In this document: in pieces, positions 53,770-62,447 of the stretch
How the letters are laid out: every line of letters begins with the position of its first letter
How positions within the stretch are numbered: the stretch's first letter is position 1
Sequence record: JX560968
From: Escherichia phage EC6
DNA: 64,000 nt
Reading direction: 5' to 3' (one strand)
Position numbers and translations under genes: made by a program
The notes under the pieces: generated by a model
Databases searched by the model: none
Told to the model about the DNA's origin: nothing
What the model saw: the letters and a program-made list of their open reading frames with translations, nothing else

Positions 53770-54879
53770 ATGACTACTAAAACTAAAGCACAGATTGACG
53801 CAGAAATTTACAAACTGGTTAAAGAAGGTAAGCTGACTAAAACAGCTATTGCACAGAAATTTAATACTTCAACCCGTTCAGTCGGTCGTGCTGTAGAGCG
53901 TCATGAAGCAACCTTAAAAGGGAATAAGAAGGCAACTTCTACACCAGCTACGAAGACTTTGAAACAAGTTGCTAAGACCTTTAAGAAGAAAGCTGGAAAA
54001 CCAGTTGAAAAGGTAGTTAAAGACGCTGTACAGAAAGCTCCAGTAAATAAACTGCACGAAGCTATGCAGAAAGATGACAAGATTGAGTACATGATTACTG
54101 GTGACTCTGTAATTATGACTTACGGTTCAGAATCTGAAATTGTTGAGTCTACTCATCCGAACTATCAAGAGATTGTAGTTCATGTTGTGAAAGGTGAGTT
54201 CAAGAAAGCTTTCGAACTGATGAACATTCGTAAATCTATCGAAAACTTCACTCAGGGTGCTATCACAATCAAAGGTGACAAGTTATTCTACGGTGCTGTT
54301 GAGATGCGTTCTACTCTGGTTGACCGTATTCTTCACATGATGAAGACTGGTGATAAAGGTTTTGAACGACTTGTAATGTTCTTCGAAAAACTGATGGAAA
54401 ACCCATCTAAAGACTCTGTAGAACAACTTTGGGGATTTGTATCTCACCTTGATGTTGAAATTGATGAAGAAGGCTACATCATTGGTTGGAAGAAAGTCTC
54501 TACTCGTGAAGGCAAGCTGGTTGACTCTCACACCTACAAAGTACCTAATGATTTGGGTAACATTGTAGAAATGCCACGTTGGATGGTTGATAACAACCGT
54601 AACGTGACTTGCTCTCAGGGTCTTCATGTTGGTGCTTGGGATTATGTCCGTTGCTTCTCAGGTGATACAATTCTGAAGGTTCGTGTCCATCCACGAGATG
54701 TTGTATCTGTTCCGACTGATTACAACGATATGAAGATGCGTTCATCCCGTTATGAAGTTGCAGCAATCGTTGATAATCAACGTAAAGTGTTGAAAGCATG
54801 GGACGGTAAGACTGACGCTTTGCATGTCATCGTTGGCACTGCTGGTGAACTCATCTCTCAACGTAAACGTGAAATCTAA
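53770..54879 (+). CDS. rIIB: rIIB-like protein
   Basis: 369 aa directly after rIIA-like gene; C-terminal region incl. VHPRDVVSVPTDYNDMKMR recalled as rIIB-like (from memory, unverified). Confidence 0.45.
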   Translation: MTTKTKAQIDAEIYKLVKEGKLTKTAIAQKFNTSTRSVGRAVERHEATLKGNKKATSTPATKTLKQVAKTFKKKAGKPVEKVVKDAVQKAPVNKLHEAMQKDDKIEYMITGDSVIMTYGSESEIVESTHPNYQEIVVHVVKGEFKKAFELMNIRKSIENFTQGAITIKGDKLFYGAVEMRSTLVDRILHMMKTGDKGFERLVMFFEKLMENPSKDSVEQLWGFVSHLDVEIDEEGYIIGWKKVSTREGKLVDSHTYKVPNDLGNIVEMPRWMVDNNRNVTCSQGLHVGAWDYVRCFSGDTILKVRVHPRDVVSVPTDYNDMKMRSSRYEVAAIVDNQRKVLKAWDGKTDALHVIVGTAGELISQRKREI

Positions 54880-54896
54880 TAAGTAATTTCTTAAAA

Positions 54897-54918
54897 GGCT
54901 GCTTCGGCGGCCTTTTTT
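54897..54918 (+). terminator. rho-independent terminator with UUCG tetraloop
   Basis: GGCTGC-TTCG-GCGGCC then TTTTTTATTT. Confidence 0.55.
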
Positions 54919-54979
54919 ATTTGTATTTTGTGCAGAGTGCTGTATAATTGTTGTCACGATAAACTAAACAGGAGAACCA

Positions 54980-55528
54980 ATGAAGAAGTTGATTCTAGGT
55001 TTGTGCTTAATGTTTACAGCACACTTATCTTATGCAGTTGACTGCCCAGAGCTATCAATTAGTCAAAAAGTAAACATGTTAAAAGCTTACCAGTATGGTG
55101 AGAATAATATGGGTAAAGGTTGGGGTATCACTCTAGCTGCTATAGCCTTACAAGAGTCAGAGTTAGGTCTGAAGGTAGAGAATAAAAAGACCCATGACTA
55201 TGGTATCTTCCAGAATCACTTGAAGACTGTTGTAAAGCGTAACAAAATCAGTCCTAATGTGGCTAAAAAGAAACTCTTAAAAGATTTTGACTATGCTGCA
55301 AAGGAAACACACAAAGAGCTTGAGTTTTGGACGAAGGTACATGGTCAACCAAAGTCAAAGAAGACTTTACAAAAAGTTTTAGCATCATATAATGCTGGGT
55401 ATTCGTACAAAATTCCTAAAGCTAAGAAATACTCTCAGGATGTCTATAACAATATGAAAGTTATCGCTCAATGTGAATTTGCAACAAACATTTCTAAGGT
55501 AAATCATGAAAAAATTAAGAAAGTCTGA
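54980..55528 (+). CDS. secreted lytic transglycosylase-like protein (SLT domain; candidate endolysin)
   Basis: Signal peptide MKKLILGLCLMFTAHLSYA; SLT-like AIALQESELG...DYGIFQ. Confidence 0.45.
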   Translation: MKKLILGLCLMFTAHLSYAVDCPELSISQKVNMLKAYQYGENNMGKGWGITLAAIALQESELGLKVENKKTHDYGIFQNHLKTVVKRNKISPNVAKKKLLKDFDYAAKETHKELEFWTKVHGQPKSKKTLQKVLASYNAGYSYKIPKAKKYSQDVYNNMKVIAQCEFATNISKVNHEKIKKV

Positions 55529-56201
55529 TGAAGTACTGTGTCATGCTTATGACTTGCATCCTCATGAGTTAGGTCTTGATTCCTGTGTATGGACTCCAGA
55601 ACAGTGCAGAGATTTTGAAGATACTGCAAGAGAAGTTGTATGTTCACTTGAAGAGTTCCACACGCCAGAAACAATTGTGAACGTTGTGGACAAAGAGACT
55701 GGACAATCTATAGGTGTAAGACGTGACAGTTTAGTTATAGTCAATAAAGACCTTGTAGAAAAAGGTAACCTCATCTTAGCAGATATTGATGGTGTTCTTA
55801 CAAATTTTAATCACGAAGACTGCTCAACGGAACTGATTGATGGGTCATTTTCACAGTACACTAATTTGCTTGACTCTGTAAGTGCAAAACCAACGTATGT
55901 TTTCAATATTATTGATGCAATTGCTAACCATGCTGCCATTGGACTCTTGACAGCGAGGGGTGAATCTCAGAGAATACCTACTGAGATGTTTTTAAGGCAT
56001 TACATAGAGCATGATTACATGCTTTTCATGCGTGGTTTTGGAACTAACTCTATAAGTGCAGAAAGTTTAAAAGTTAGGATGATTCAGTCTTGCATTCTTC
56101 CTTACTTTAATATAGTATGCTTTATAGAAGATACAGAGAAGAATGTTCAGAAGGTAAACAGAATCCTTCCACACATTAAAACCATGTTAGTTAAACATTG
56201 A
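55506..56201 (+). CDS. HAD-superfamily hydrolase-like protein (putative)
   Basis: LILADIDGVLTNF resembles HAD motif I DxDG. Confidence 0.3.
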   Translation: MKKLRKSDEVLCHAYDLHPHELGLDSCVWTPEQCRDFEDTAREVVCSLEEFHTPETIVNVVDKETGQSIGVRRDSLVIVNKDLVEKGNLILADIDGVLTNFNHEDCSTELIDGSFSQYTNLLDSVSAKPTYVFNIIDAIANHAAIGLLTARGESQRIPTEMFLRHYIEHDYMLFMRGFGTNSISAESLKVRMIQSCILPYFNIVCFIEDTEKNVQKVNRILPHIKTMLVKH

Positions 56202-56212
56202 GAGAAAAACTT

Positions 56213-56677
56213 ATGAACAATATCATTACGGTAGCACTGGACGATACGACAAACAAATCTGTAGTAGTTCGTAAATTGATTCAAGGTAACTTTGAAGGTA
56301 AAATTTTTCGTGCTGTCAATGTAAAAGCTGATGGCAGCATTCGTGAATATCGTGCATTGTTGAATGTTAAAAAGCACGTAAAAGGTGCTGGTTCAACGAC
56401 TGCACACAAAGAAAACCTGATGACTATTTATGATATGGGTAAGGCTTCAGAGTTAGGTGCTGAAGGTATCGTTAAAGAAGGTGCTCCGTATCGCTCTTTC
56501 AATCTGGAAACTACTCTTATGCTTTCCTTTACAAGTGGTTCTAAAACAATCACTTACCTCTTTACTGATGCTGCAACGGTATCTGCTATTAAGGATGGCA
56601 CTGTCAAAGCTGGCGTAGTTGCTGCTGCAAAAGCTTCTTCGATGGCTGCGAATATCCTTGCTAAAGTCCTCAGTTAA
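56213..56677 (+). CDS. hypothetical protein
   Basis: ATG 56213; 154 aa. Confidence 0.3.
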   Translation: MNNIITVALDDTTNKSVVVRKLIQGNFEGKIFRAVNVKADGSIREYRALLNVKKHVKGAGSTTAHKENLMTIYDMGKASELGAEGIVKEGAPYRSFNLETTLMLSFTSGSKTITYLFTDAATVSAIKDGTVKAGVVAAAKASSMAANILAKVLS

Positions 56678-56688
56678 GGTTAAGATAC

Positions 56689-56710
56689 AGGCTCCTTCGG
56701 GAGCCTTTTT
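56689..56710 (+). terminator. rho-independent terminator with UUCG tetraloop
   Basis: AGGCTCC-TTCG-GGAGCCT then TTTTTC. Confidence 0.6.
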
Positions 56711-56729
56711 CATTTCAGGAGATTGTTAA

Positions 56730-57077
56730 ATGACATTTAAAGAGTTCTGCCAAGATACTTTCATAATTGTTTTCTTAGTTGGAGCAGGTGTCTGGGGAGG
56801 ATACTCTTACAGAGACTACCAAGTTGCTGAAGCTGAGCTAAATAATGAGAAACTAATAAGTGTTGCTAAAGATGCTTATCAGGAAGGTTTAGCCACACTC
56901 AGCACCAATTACAAAAATGATTTGAAAGACGTGCTTGCTAAGAATAAGCACACAAAAGAGGTACTAACATATGAAAAGACTAAGCCAGAGTTTTATAATG
57001 TTTGTGTTACTGATAATTATGTCAGGGTGTTCAACGAACAAAGTGAACAGTACATTCAAAAACTCCCAAGTAAGTGA
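56730..57077 (+). CDS. i-spanin-like protein (Rz-like)
   Basis: N-terminal TM FIIVFLVGAGVWGGY then coiled-coil periplasmic domain; overlapped by a lipoprotein ORF in another frame. Confidence 0.4.
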   Translation: MTFKEFCQDTFIIVFLVGAGVWGGYSYRDYQVAEAELNNEKLISVAKDAYQEGLATLSTNYKNDLKDVLAKNKHTKEVLTYEKTKPEFYNVCVTDNYVRVFNEQSEQYIQKLPSK

Positions 57078-57240
57078 GAGTGACAAGTACACTCAAGAAG
57101 AGTCAAGATTCACTGTCAAAGGTAATACTGGTAGTGATGTGGCAGCAGCCCTTGAGTTTTATCGTGATGGTTTTTACCAGTGCACAATCAAAGCTAATAA
57201 CCTTATTGACATGATTTTATTAGGGAACAAACAGCAATGA
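56971..57240 (+). CDS. o-spanin-like lipoprotein (Rz1-like), overlapping 3' end of i-spanin gene
   Basis: Signal peptide with lipobox-like IMSGC (MKRLSQSFIMFVLLIIMSGCS); AGAGG RBS; starts inside 56730..57077. Confidence 0.4.
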   Translation: MKRLSQSFIMFVLLIIMSGCSTNKVNSTFKNSQVSESDKYTQEESRFTVKGNTGSDVAAALEFYRDGFYQCTIKANNLIDMILLGNKQQ

Positions 57241-57506
57241 CAGAGAATGAAGACACTTTCTATGTAGAAGGGTACTTACTGCTACCACGACCAAAAGAAA
57301 CTTATATGCGGGTTGATTTCTCACCAACCATTATGGATAATGTGATGTGTCATATCTTTATGCAAGGTGTCACAGCACAGCTTAATCATGTTGGTAAAGA
57401 GTGCAAAATAAAGGTTGACACTCATCCAGAAATCAAAGAGAATCACTACACATGGTTCTTACCAGACTCTAAAGAAATCTTAGCAATTCTTAAAACGAGG
57501 AAATGA
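57237..57506 (+). CDS. hypothetical protein
   Basis: 89-aa ORF. Confidence 0.3.
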   Translation: MTENEDTFYVEGYLLLPRPKETYMRVDFSPTIMDNVMCHIFMQGVTAQLNHVGKECKIKVDTHPEIKENHYTWFLPDSKEILAILKTRK

Positions 57507-57817
57507 TTATGCAATTCCAGCCAACAAATCGTGGATTTTCTTATGCAGAATTTAAAGATGCTAAAGGAGAGATTTGTACTTTACAAGAAAGTTCATCATA
57601 TGAACCATGTATCTGGTTAGGTGCTAAAGAGGTCTCTGTTCAGTACCTAGATGGTGGCTGGAAAACACTTGATATCCCAGCATTAGTAGGCAAAGATTTT
57701 GTAGGTAACCAAAGAATGAAACTCAACCAAGAACAGGTGAAAGAGTTGTTACCGTACCTTCAATACTTTGCTGAAAATGGTGAATTACCAACAGAGGAAC
57801 TTACAAATGCAGATTAA
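57503..57817 (+). CDS. hypothetical protein
   Basis: 104-aa ORF. Confidence 0.3.
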   Translation: MIMQFQPTNRGFSYAEFKDAKGEICTLQESSSYEPCIWLGAKEVSVQYLDGGWKTLDIPALVGKDFVGNQRMKLNQEQVKELLPYLQYFAENGELPTEELTNAD

Positions 57818-58130
57818 TGGAAGAGACTTTGTAGCCGTTTACTACGAGAAAGATAAAGAAGTTGGCGTAGCACAAGTATCTTATGGTAATGGTAAGTGGT
57901 TGTATGGGACAATCGCAGTAGTCGGGGCAAGAAGTGATACAAAAACTTTTAAAGATTGTGTTGACCTTCTTGAAGAATCCATCCACAATCATTGGTGTCT
58001 GATATGGATGACTGACAACGAAGTGGTAGAACGCTTCAAAAAGATTGGTATCAACATTGATAGCATTGAGCATGTTGATTTATATGAACTAACCGAAAAG
58101 GTAAGCTATGAAAGCTCTAGAGGTAATTGA
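57807..58130 (+). CDS. hypothetical protein
   Basis: ATG 57807 overlapping upstream stop. Confidence 0.3.
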   Translation: MQINGRDFVAVYYEKDKEVGVAQVSYGNGKWLYGTIAVVGARSDTKTFKDCVDLLEESIHNHWCLIWMTDNEVVERFKKIGINIDSIEHVDLYELTEKVSYESSRGN

Positions 58131-58335
58131 TAAAGACACTGGAGAAGTCACATCAGCATGTGTTTTCGTTAGTAACGACACAGTGATACCATTTTACAAT
58201 CTCGATAGTTTTAGCTTTACAGGGATAACTCCAGAAGAATACTTTGAAGACCTTACCTTTGCCAGAATTTCTATAGATACATTCTATAAATGCTTCTATG
58301 ATGAAGGTAAAGAATTACGAGAAACTGAACTATAA
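58108..58335 (+). CDS. hypothetical protein
   Basis: 75-aa ORF. Confidence 0.3.
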   Translation: MKALEVIDKDTGEVTSACVFVSNDTVIPFYNLDSFSFTGITPEEYFEDLTFARISIDTFYKCFYDEGKELRETEL

Positions 58336-58347
58336 GGTGTATATTAT

Positions 58348-58548
58348 ATGGCTGACTTCTGCAAAGACTGTTCTATCGAAATGTTCGGACGTGATACAGG
58401 TGACTTAAAAGGTCTTATCACTGAAGATGACTTTAAAGCTGGCTATGCAATGCCAGTAATCTGTGAAGGTTGTGGATGTATCTGGGTAGACCACGAAGGA
58501 CAACGTGTAAAACCTTCAGAAGACAAAGAATCTTGGGAGAGATGTTAA
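58348..58548 (+). CDS. small zinc-ribbon protein
   Basis: CKDC...CEGCGC cysteine pairs. Confidence 0.3.
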   Translation: MADFCKDCSIEMFGRDTGDLKGLITEDDFKAGYAMPVICEGCGCIWVDHEGQRVKPSEDKESWERC

Positions 58549-59334
58549 ATGGGTATTGTAAAAATAATCAATGGTGATATCTTTTCCGCCTTTGATAAAG
58601 GTAAGTTTGACATCATTGGTCACGGCTGCAACTGTATGAACTTAATGGGTGCAGGTATCGCTGACAAGATTTCTAAACTTTACCCAAAAGCATATGAGAC
58701 CGATACAGAAGTTTATTTGTATGCAGGTGGCATAGGCCACAAACCCTGTGAAAATTTACTAGGTAATTTCTCTGTAGCACGTTTAGAACAAGGCCGTATA
58801 GCTAACCTTTACACTCAGCTTAAGACTGGTAAAGATGCCCGATATAGTGCTTTAGAGTCATCTTTGAAACAGCTTAACAGATACTGTGAAGTCAATCAGT
58901 TGAAGAAAGTTGGGTTACCTATGATTGGTGCAGGTATCGGTGGGCTAGACCCTCAAGCAGTCACCGTTATCATTAATCAGGTGATGAAGAGTGTAGATGT
59001 GTATCTGTATGTCTACGAAGGAGAGATGTACCACAAGTTACGCTCAGGTTGGAAGAACTACTGTGAACCAGAATACTTTGCAGGTGTAGTAGTATTCACG
59101 GATGATGCAGTTACCCTCTTCAGACGAAGAAAAGGTAAGATACATCAAAGTAACCCTCCGGTTGAAAAGATGTCTCTAAGTAACGCTCTAGTTACCCACC
59201 TGTCGAAGAGCAATCACAGGATTGCAGTAACATTTGGCAGTGATGCAGATACATATATCTATGCAAGAACTGATGAGGATGTTGAGGAAATTTTCTCTTC
59301 ACAGGAAGTTACCTTCTTAGACGCAAAGAACTAA
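58549..59334 (+). CDS. macro-domain-like protein (ADP-ribose binding/processing, putative)
   Basis: N-terminus INGDIF...FDIIGHGCNCMNLMGAGIADKI aligns by eye with macro motif GDIT...DAIVNAANxxLLGGGGVDGAI. Confidence 0.45.
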   Translation: MGIVKIINGDIFSAFDKGKFDIIGHGCNCMNLMGAGIADKISKLYPKAYETDTEVYLYAGGIGHKPCENLLGNFSVARLEQGRIANLYTQLKTGKDARYSALESSLKQLNRYCEVNQLKKVGLPMIGAGIGGLDPQAVTVIINQVMKSVDVYLYVYEGEMYHKLRSGWKNYCEPEYFAGVVVFTDDAVTLFRRRKGKIHQSNPPVEKMSLSNALVTHLSKSNHRIAVTFGSDADTYIYARTDEDVEEIFSSQEVTFLDAKN

Positions 59335-59365
59335 GATACTCTGTAGAATATTCACAATAGACTAA

Positions 59366-59411
59366 GCCTTTCTTATCTGGGAAATCTTTCAGGTAAGGAG
59401 GGCTTTTTCAT
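59366..59411 (+). terminator. imperfect long hairpin with U-tract (terminator-like)
   Basis: AGCCTTTCTTATCTGG...CAGGTAAGGAGGGCT then TTTTTCATTTC. Confidence 0.35.
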
Positions 59412-59592
59412 TTCAGGATTGTGCAGGTAGAGTTCTGTAGAGAAATCTGTAGAGAAAATTTTGAACTCCAAAGAGAAAATTCATTTTCAAACTGTGCAGG
59501 TAATCTCCAAAGAGCTTTTTCATTTTCAAAACGTGCAGATAAAAATCAGGTCGGGCAAGAAAAATCATTTTAGAATTGTGCAGGTAGGTGGG
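59404..59592 (+). repeat. array of four ~26-nt direct repeats (consensus TCATTTTCAAAAnTGTGCAGGTA)
   Basis: Copies at 59404-59430, 59477-59503, 59516-59543, 59560-59590 with 40-70 nt spacing; extra AGAGAAA sub-repeats. Confidence 0.6.
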
Positions 59593-59763
59593 TGTAGGTG
59601 GGGATGTCGCCATTTCTCACAAGGCTACCACATCTGGAAATAAAAGTCAACAGAAAAATTTGTAGCGGATTGAAAAATAATTCTTGATTGTAGTTCTGTT
59701 TTGTGGTAGTCGCGTGCGCCCGTTTCATTACAGTTTTTTGCAAAAATATTTTTAAAATTTTTC

Positions 59764-59859
59764 TTGACTCCTCGAACGGGTTTTTATAGTATTTGCATCA
59801 GACGGGGAGGGAGTGACCTTCCCCACTAAATAACTAACCTTAAACTAGGAGATTCAAAA
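59764..59859 (+). promoter_or_regulatory. promoter + 5' stem-loop + SD cassette (type I variant)
   Basis: TTGACT-N17-TAGTAT, then GGGGAGGGAGTGACCTTCCCC hairpin, then AACTAGGAGATTCAAAAATG. Confidence 0.55.
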
Positions 59860-60240
59860 ATGGCTTATCGTGCACCTAAATTCATCAATAAAGACAACTT
59901 CCGCAACGCACTGGAAAAATCACTTGATGAGAACTTTACAGGTCAGATTATTATTGTTCACGCATATAATTTTAAGTATGATATTAACGGGAATAAAATC
60001 AATCATTACACGGCAACAATGGTAGATGGTACACTATCAAGTGAAAAAGCCGTACTGAATGCACTTGCAGGACGTGGCAAAAACCTGATAAAATGCAATA
60101 AGAGACGTTATCAAGGCGGCGCATATGGTTATGATGATGCTGTTTACCATCTTGAAAATATGGGCTATCAGGTGGAAAAAGCCGGAATATCTCAAATAAT
60201 TGGCAGTGATGGATATGTGACAATTTTCAAAATTAAATAA
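59860..60240 (+). CDS. early hypothetical protein
   Basis: 126 aa; own promoter/stem-loop cassette and AGGAGA RBS. Confidence 0.45.
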   Translation: MAYRAPKFINKDNFRNALEKSLDENFTGQIIIVHAYNFKYDINGNKINHYTATMVDGTLSSEKAVLNALAGRGKNLIKCNKRRYQGGAYGYDDAVYHLENMGYQVEKAGISQIIGSDGYVTIFKIK

Positions 60241-60247
60241 AAAGTAC

Positions 60248-60329
60248 TTTACAAGGGGCTTATAGTTCGATAAAGTAAGCCCCAGATAAAGAGCTTTACC
60301 ACTAAATCCTTAAACTAGGAGATTCAAAA
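60248..60329 (+). promoter_or_regulatory. promoter-hairpin-SD cassette (type II)
   Basis: TTTACA-N17-TAAAGT with GGGGCTTA...TAAGCCCC hairpin spanning spacer and -10; then CCTTAAACTAGGAGATTCAAAAATG. Confidence 0.5.
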
Positions 60330-60842
60330 ATGAAAACTGTAGACGCTACCTTTGAAGTTGTAAAAGAAAAATTTTCCATCATTTACGAAGCGGTTAACTG
60401 CTACGAAGCAAGTCATAGCCTTGATAATTGGGAATTTACAGATAATCATCAAGGTGGTGTTACTGTTAAAAATCCTAACTATCAGCGTAATGAGTTTAAA
60501 TATGCAATCCCTTTACATTACAGCCTGAAACAGCTTTCGAGTGACTATGCAAAACAAGGACGGGCAAATCCATCAAAAGAGGCTTATATCAGCTTACAGG
60601 AAGAACTAGAAAGGGATTTGGAGGCTTCAGAGTATAATATCTCTGCAAAAGTTGTGGATGTAAACGGGAAAACGGTTTTAGACAGCTTTTACATTGGTTA
60701 CGCTTTCGATTGGTGCTACAGTGACGGCGATGATTTAGATGAAAGACTAAAAGAGGAAGTGAACAACGCAGACGCAGAATCTGAAGTATTAGAACGCTTG
60801 GAAGCCTTAAAAGATTCAGTGATGAATATCTTTAAAAATTAA
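60330..60842 (+). CDS. early acidic hypothetical protein
   Basis: 170 aa, acidic C-terminal half (DGDDLDERLKEEVNNADAESE). Confidence 0.45.
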   Translation: MKTVDATFEVVKEKFSIIYEAVNCYEASHSLDNWEFTDNHQGGVTVKNPNYQRNEFKYAIPLHYSLKQLSSDYAKQGRANPSKEAYISLQEELERDLEASEYNISAKVVDVNGKTVLDSFYIGYAFDWCYSDGDDLDERLKEEVNNADAESEVLERLEALKDSVMNIFKN

Positions 60843-60858
60843 ATTAAGAGGGAACACC

Positions 60859-61191
60859 ATGTTAATGATGGGTATCACTGCAATCATCGCCATTATAGCA
60901 CTTTATAAGGCTTACAGCGCCTATAATCTGGCAAGTAAGGCAATCACGCAACAGGTTAACAATAATCTCGTGATGAGCTTTCTCGAGCGTTTAAGCGATG
61001 AGCAATTGAAACGGTTAGAAATGAGCTTCAGATTTCAATCAAAAACTTATCAAATCAGCGACATTTTCAAAGAGGATTTTCAGCTTGTCGATGATTATAA
61101 CGCACTGATAAATGCTTTAAATATCAGTGACTTAAAAGACTACTATGCTGTAATTGTTCAAGAAATGAGCAAACGAAAAAATTCCTCTTGA
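60859..61191 (+). CDS. early membrane-anchored hypothetical protein
   Basis: 110 aa, N-terminal TM MLMMGITAIIAIIALY. Confidence 0.4.
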   Translation: MLMMGITAIIAIIALYKAYSAYNLASKAITQQVNNNLVMSFLERLSDEQLKRLEMSFRFQSKTYQISDIFKEDFQLVDDYNALINALNISDLKDYYAVIVQEMSKRKNSS

Positions 61192-61281
61192 TTTTGGTTT
61201 TTAAAGCAAGTAAATTACTAATCAACGGGGAGGGGATGACCTTCCCCACTAAGTAAAACCCTTAAACTAGGAGATTCTAAA
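61188..61281 (+). promoter_or_regulatory. promoter + 5' stem-loop + SD cassette (type I)
   Basis: TTGATT-N17-TAAATT, ACTAATCAACGGGGAGGGGATGACCTTCCCCACTAAGTAAAACCCTTAAACTAGGAGATTCTAAAATG. Confidence 0.55.
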
Positions 61282-61554
61282 ATGTATACTACTAACAACG
61301 GTCGCACCTTAAACGTAACCCTTCGCCACTATGTGAACGGTGTAATGCACTTCGAAGATTTACAAGCTGAACAACATATTCTGAATTGGCAACTTGCAGG
61401 ATTCCAAAAAACTGCTACCGGATACGGGAAAAAGATTCCAACTAGTTGGAAAGTATACTACGAAGGACGTTTGCGCAGAATTTATCAGGATGTTTACAGC
61501 AATAGCGCAACAAGTTACATCATGGTAAAAGGTAAAAAATTGCACTTAGTGTAA
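61282..61554 (+). CDS. early hypothetical protein
   Basis: 90 aa. Confidence 0.4.
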   Translation: MYTTNNGRTLNVTLRHYVNGVMHFEDLQAEQHILNWQLAGFQKTATGYGKKIPTSWKVYYEGRLRRIYQDVYSNSATSYIMVKGKKLHLV

Positions 61555-61559
61555 AGTAC

Positions 61560-61641
61560 TTTACAAGGGGCTTATAGTTCGATAAAGTAAGCCCCAGATA
61601 AAGAGCTTTACCGCATTAACCTTAAACTAGGAGATTCAAAA
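61560..61641 (+). promoter_or_regulatory. promoter-hairpin-SD cassette (type II)
   Basis: Near-identical copy of 60248..60329. Confidence 0.5.
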
Positions 61642-62046
61642 ATGGCTATCAATAAACGCGAATTATCAATTTTAAAAGCACGTTTGACCGTTAACCGGAT
61701 TAATGTTATTACGTCATCAGCACCAGACGAGACACTGCAAAACATTATTGGGAAGATTCAAAGTGTTATCTTAGACGTTGAAAGCGTAAAAAACTCACTG
61801 ACTGACGTTGCAGCAGGTATCACCTTAAACGGTGCACAATATGAAATGGCTGACATGTTAGGCAAATCTAAGGTAATGAATAAAGAGCTTGATTTGAAAA
61901 TGTTCAGATTCGCCGTAAAAGTATGGTTATCCGTCGATTATGACGCAAATTTTGCAATCGCTGACTTTTTCGCAACATGGTTACAACGTAATTTGACAAA
62001 TCACGATTTTCGTGATATCTGCGATGCAATTTATGCAGAACTTTAA
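61642..62046 (+). CDS. early hypothetical protein
   Basis: 134 aa. Confidence 0.4.
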   Translation: MAINKRELSILKARLTVNRINVITSSAPDETLQNIIGKIQSVILDVESVKNSLTDVAAGITLNGAQYEMADMLGKSKVMNKELDLKMFRFAVKVWLSVDYDANFAIADFFATWLQRNLTNHDFRDICDAIYAEL

Positions 62047-62061
62047 AAAAAAAAACTTTTG

Positions 62062-62156
62062 TTGACACTGGTTTTTAAATAGATTAAATTGTCAATCAAC
62101 GGGGAGGGAATGACCTCCCCCACTAAGTAAAACCCTTAAACTAGGAGATTCAAAAA
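62062..62156 (+). promoter_or_regulatory. promoter + 5' stem-loop + SD cassette (type I)
   Basis: TTGACA-N17-TAAATT; hairpin GGGGAGGGAATGACCTCCCCC (compensatory T-to-C change gives a perfect stem). Confidence 0.55.
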
Positions 62157-62357
62157 ATGGCTATTATTAACGGTTTAAATATTGAGACTACTCACATCAA
62201 AGACATTAAAGTTGGCGATATAGTCCTTTTTCACGGCGTAGAAAAAACCGTCACCGCAAAGGATATCAAAGAGGATTCATTCATGGGCCGGTCTCTCTTC
62301 GGTGATTCGTATTGCTTAGGTTACCGTGCAGTTTTAAAAGTTGTCAAAAATAACTAA
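62157..62357 (+). CDS. early hypothetical protein
   Basis: 66 aa. Confidence 0.35.
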   Translation: MAIINGLNIETTHIKDIKVGDIVLFHGVEKTVTAKDIKEDSFMGRSLFGDSYCLGYRAVLKVVKNN

Positions 62358-62365
62358 TAAAGTAC

Positions 62366-62447
62366 TTTACAAGGGGCTTATAGTTCGATAAAGTAAGCCC
62401 CAGATAAAGAGCTTTACCACTAAATCCTTAAACTAGGAGATTCAAAA
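62366..62447 (+). promoter_or_regulatory. promoter-hairpin-SD cassette (type II)
   Basis: Third near-identical copy (TTTACAAGGGGCTTATAGTTCGATAAAGTAAGCCCC...). Confidence 0.5.

Noticed and set aside
59404-59592. Direct repeat array considered as a CRISPR array
   Set aside because: Only four imperfect copies of about 26 nt with irregular 40-70 nt spacing, no cas genes and an AT-rich context; more consistent with iterons or regulatory repeats
59413-59643. Track ORFs 59413..59613 (-) and 59461..59643 (+)
   Set aside because: They lie entirely within the direct-repeat array, lack RBS, and their translations reflect the repeats
60255-60283. tRNA-like GGTTCGAT T-loop-like sequence inside the type II cassette hairpin
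   Set aside because: The element is only about 30 nt with a single stem; no acceptor, D or anticodon arms; no tRNA-sized non-coding interval found anywhere in the window
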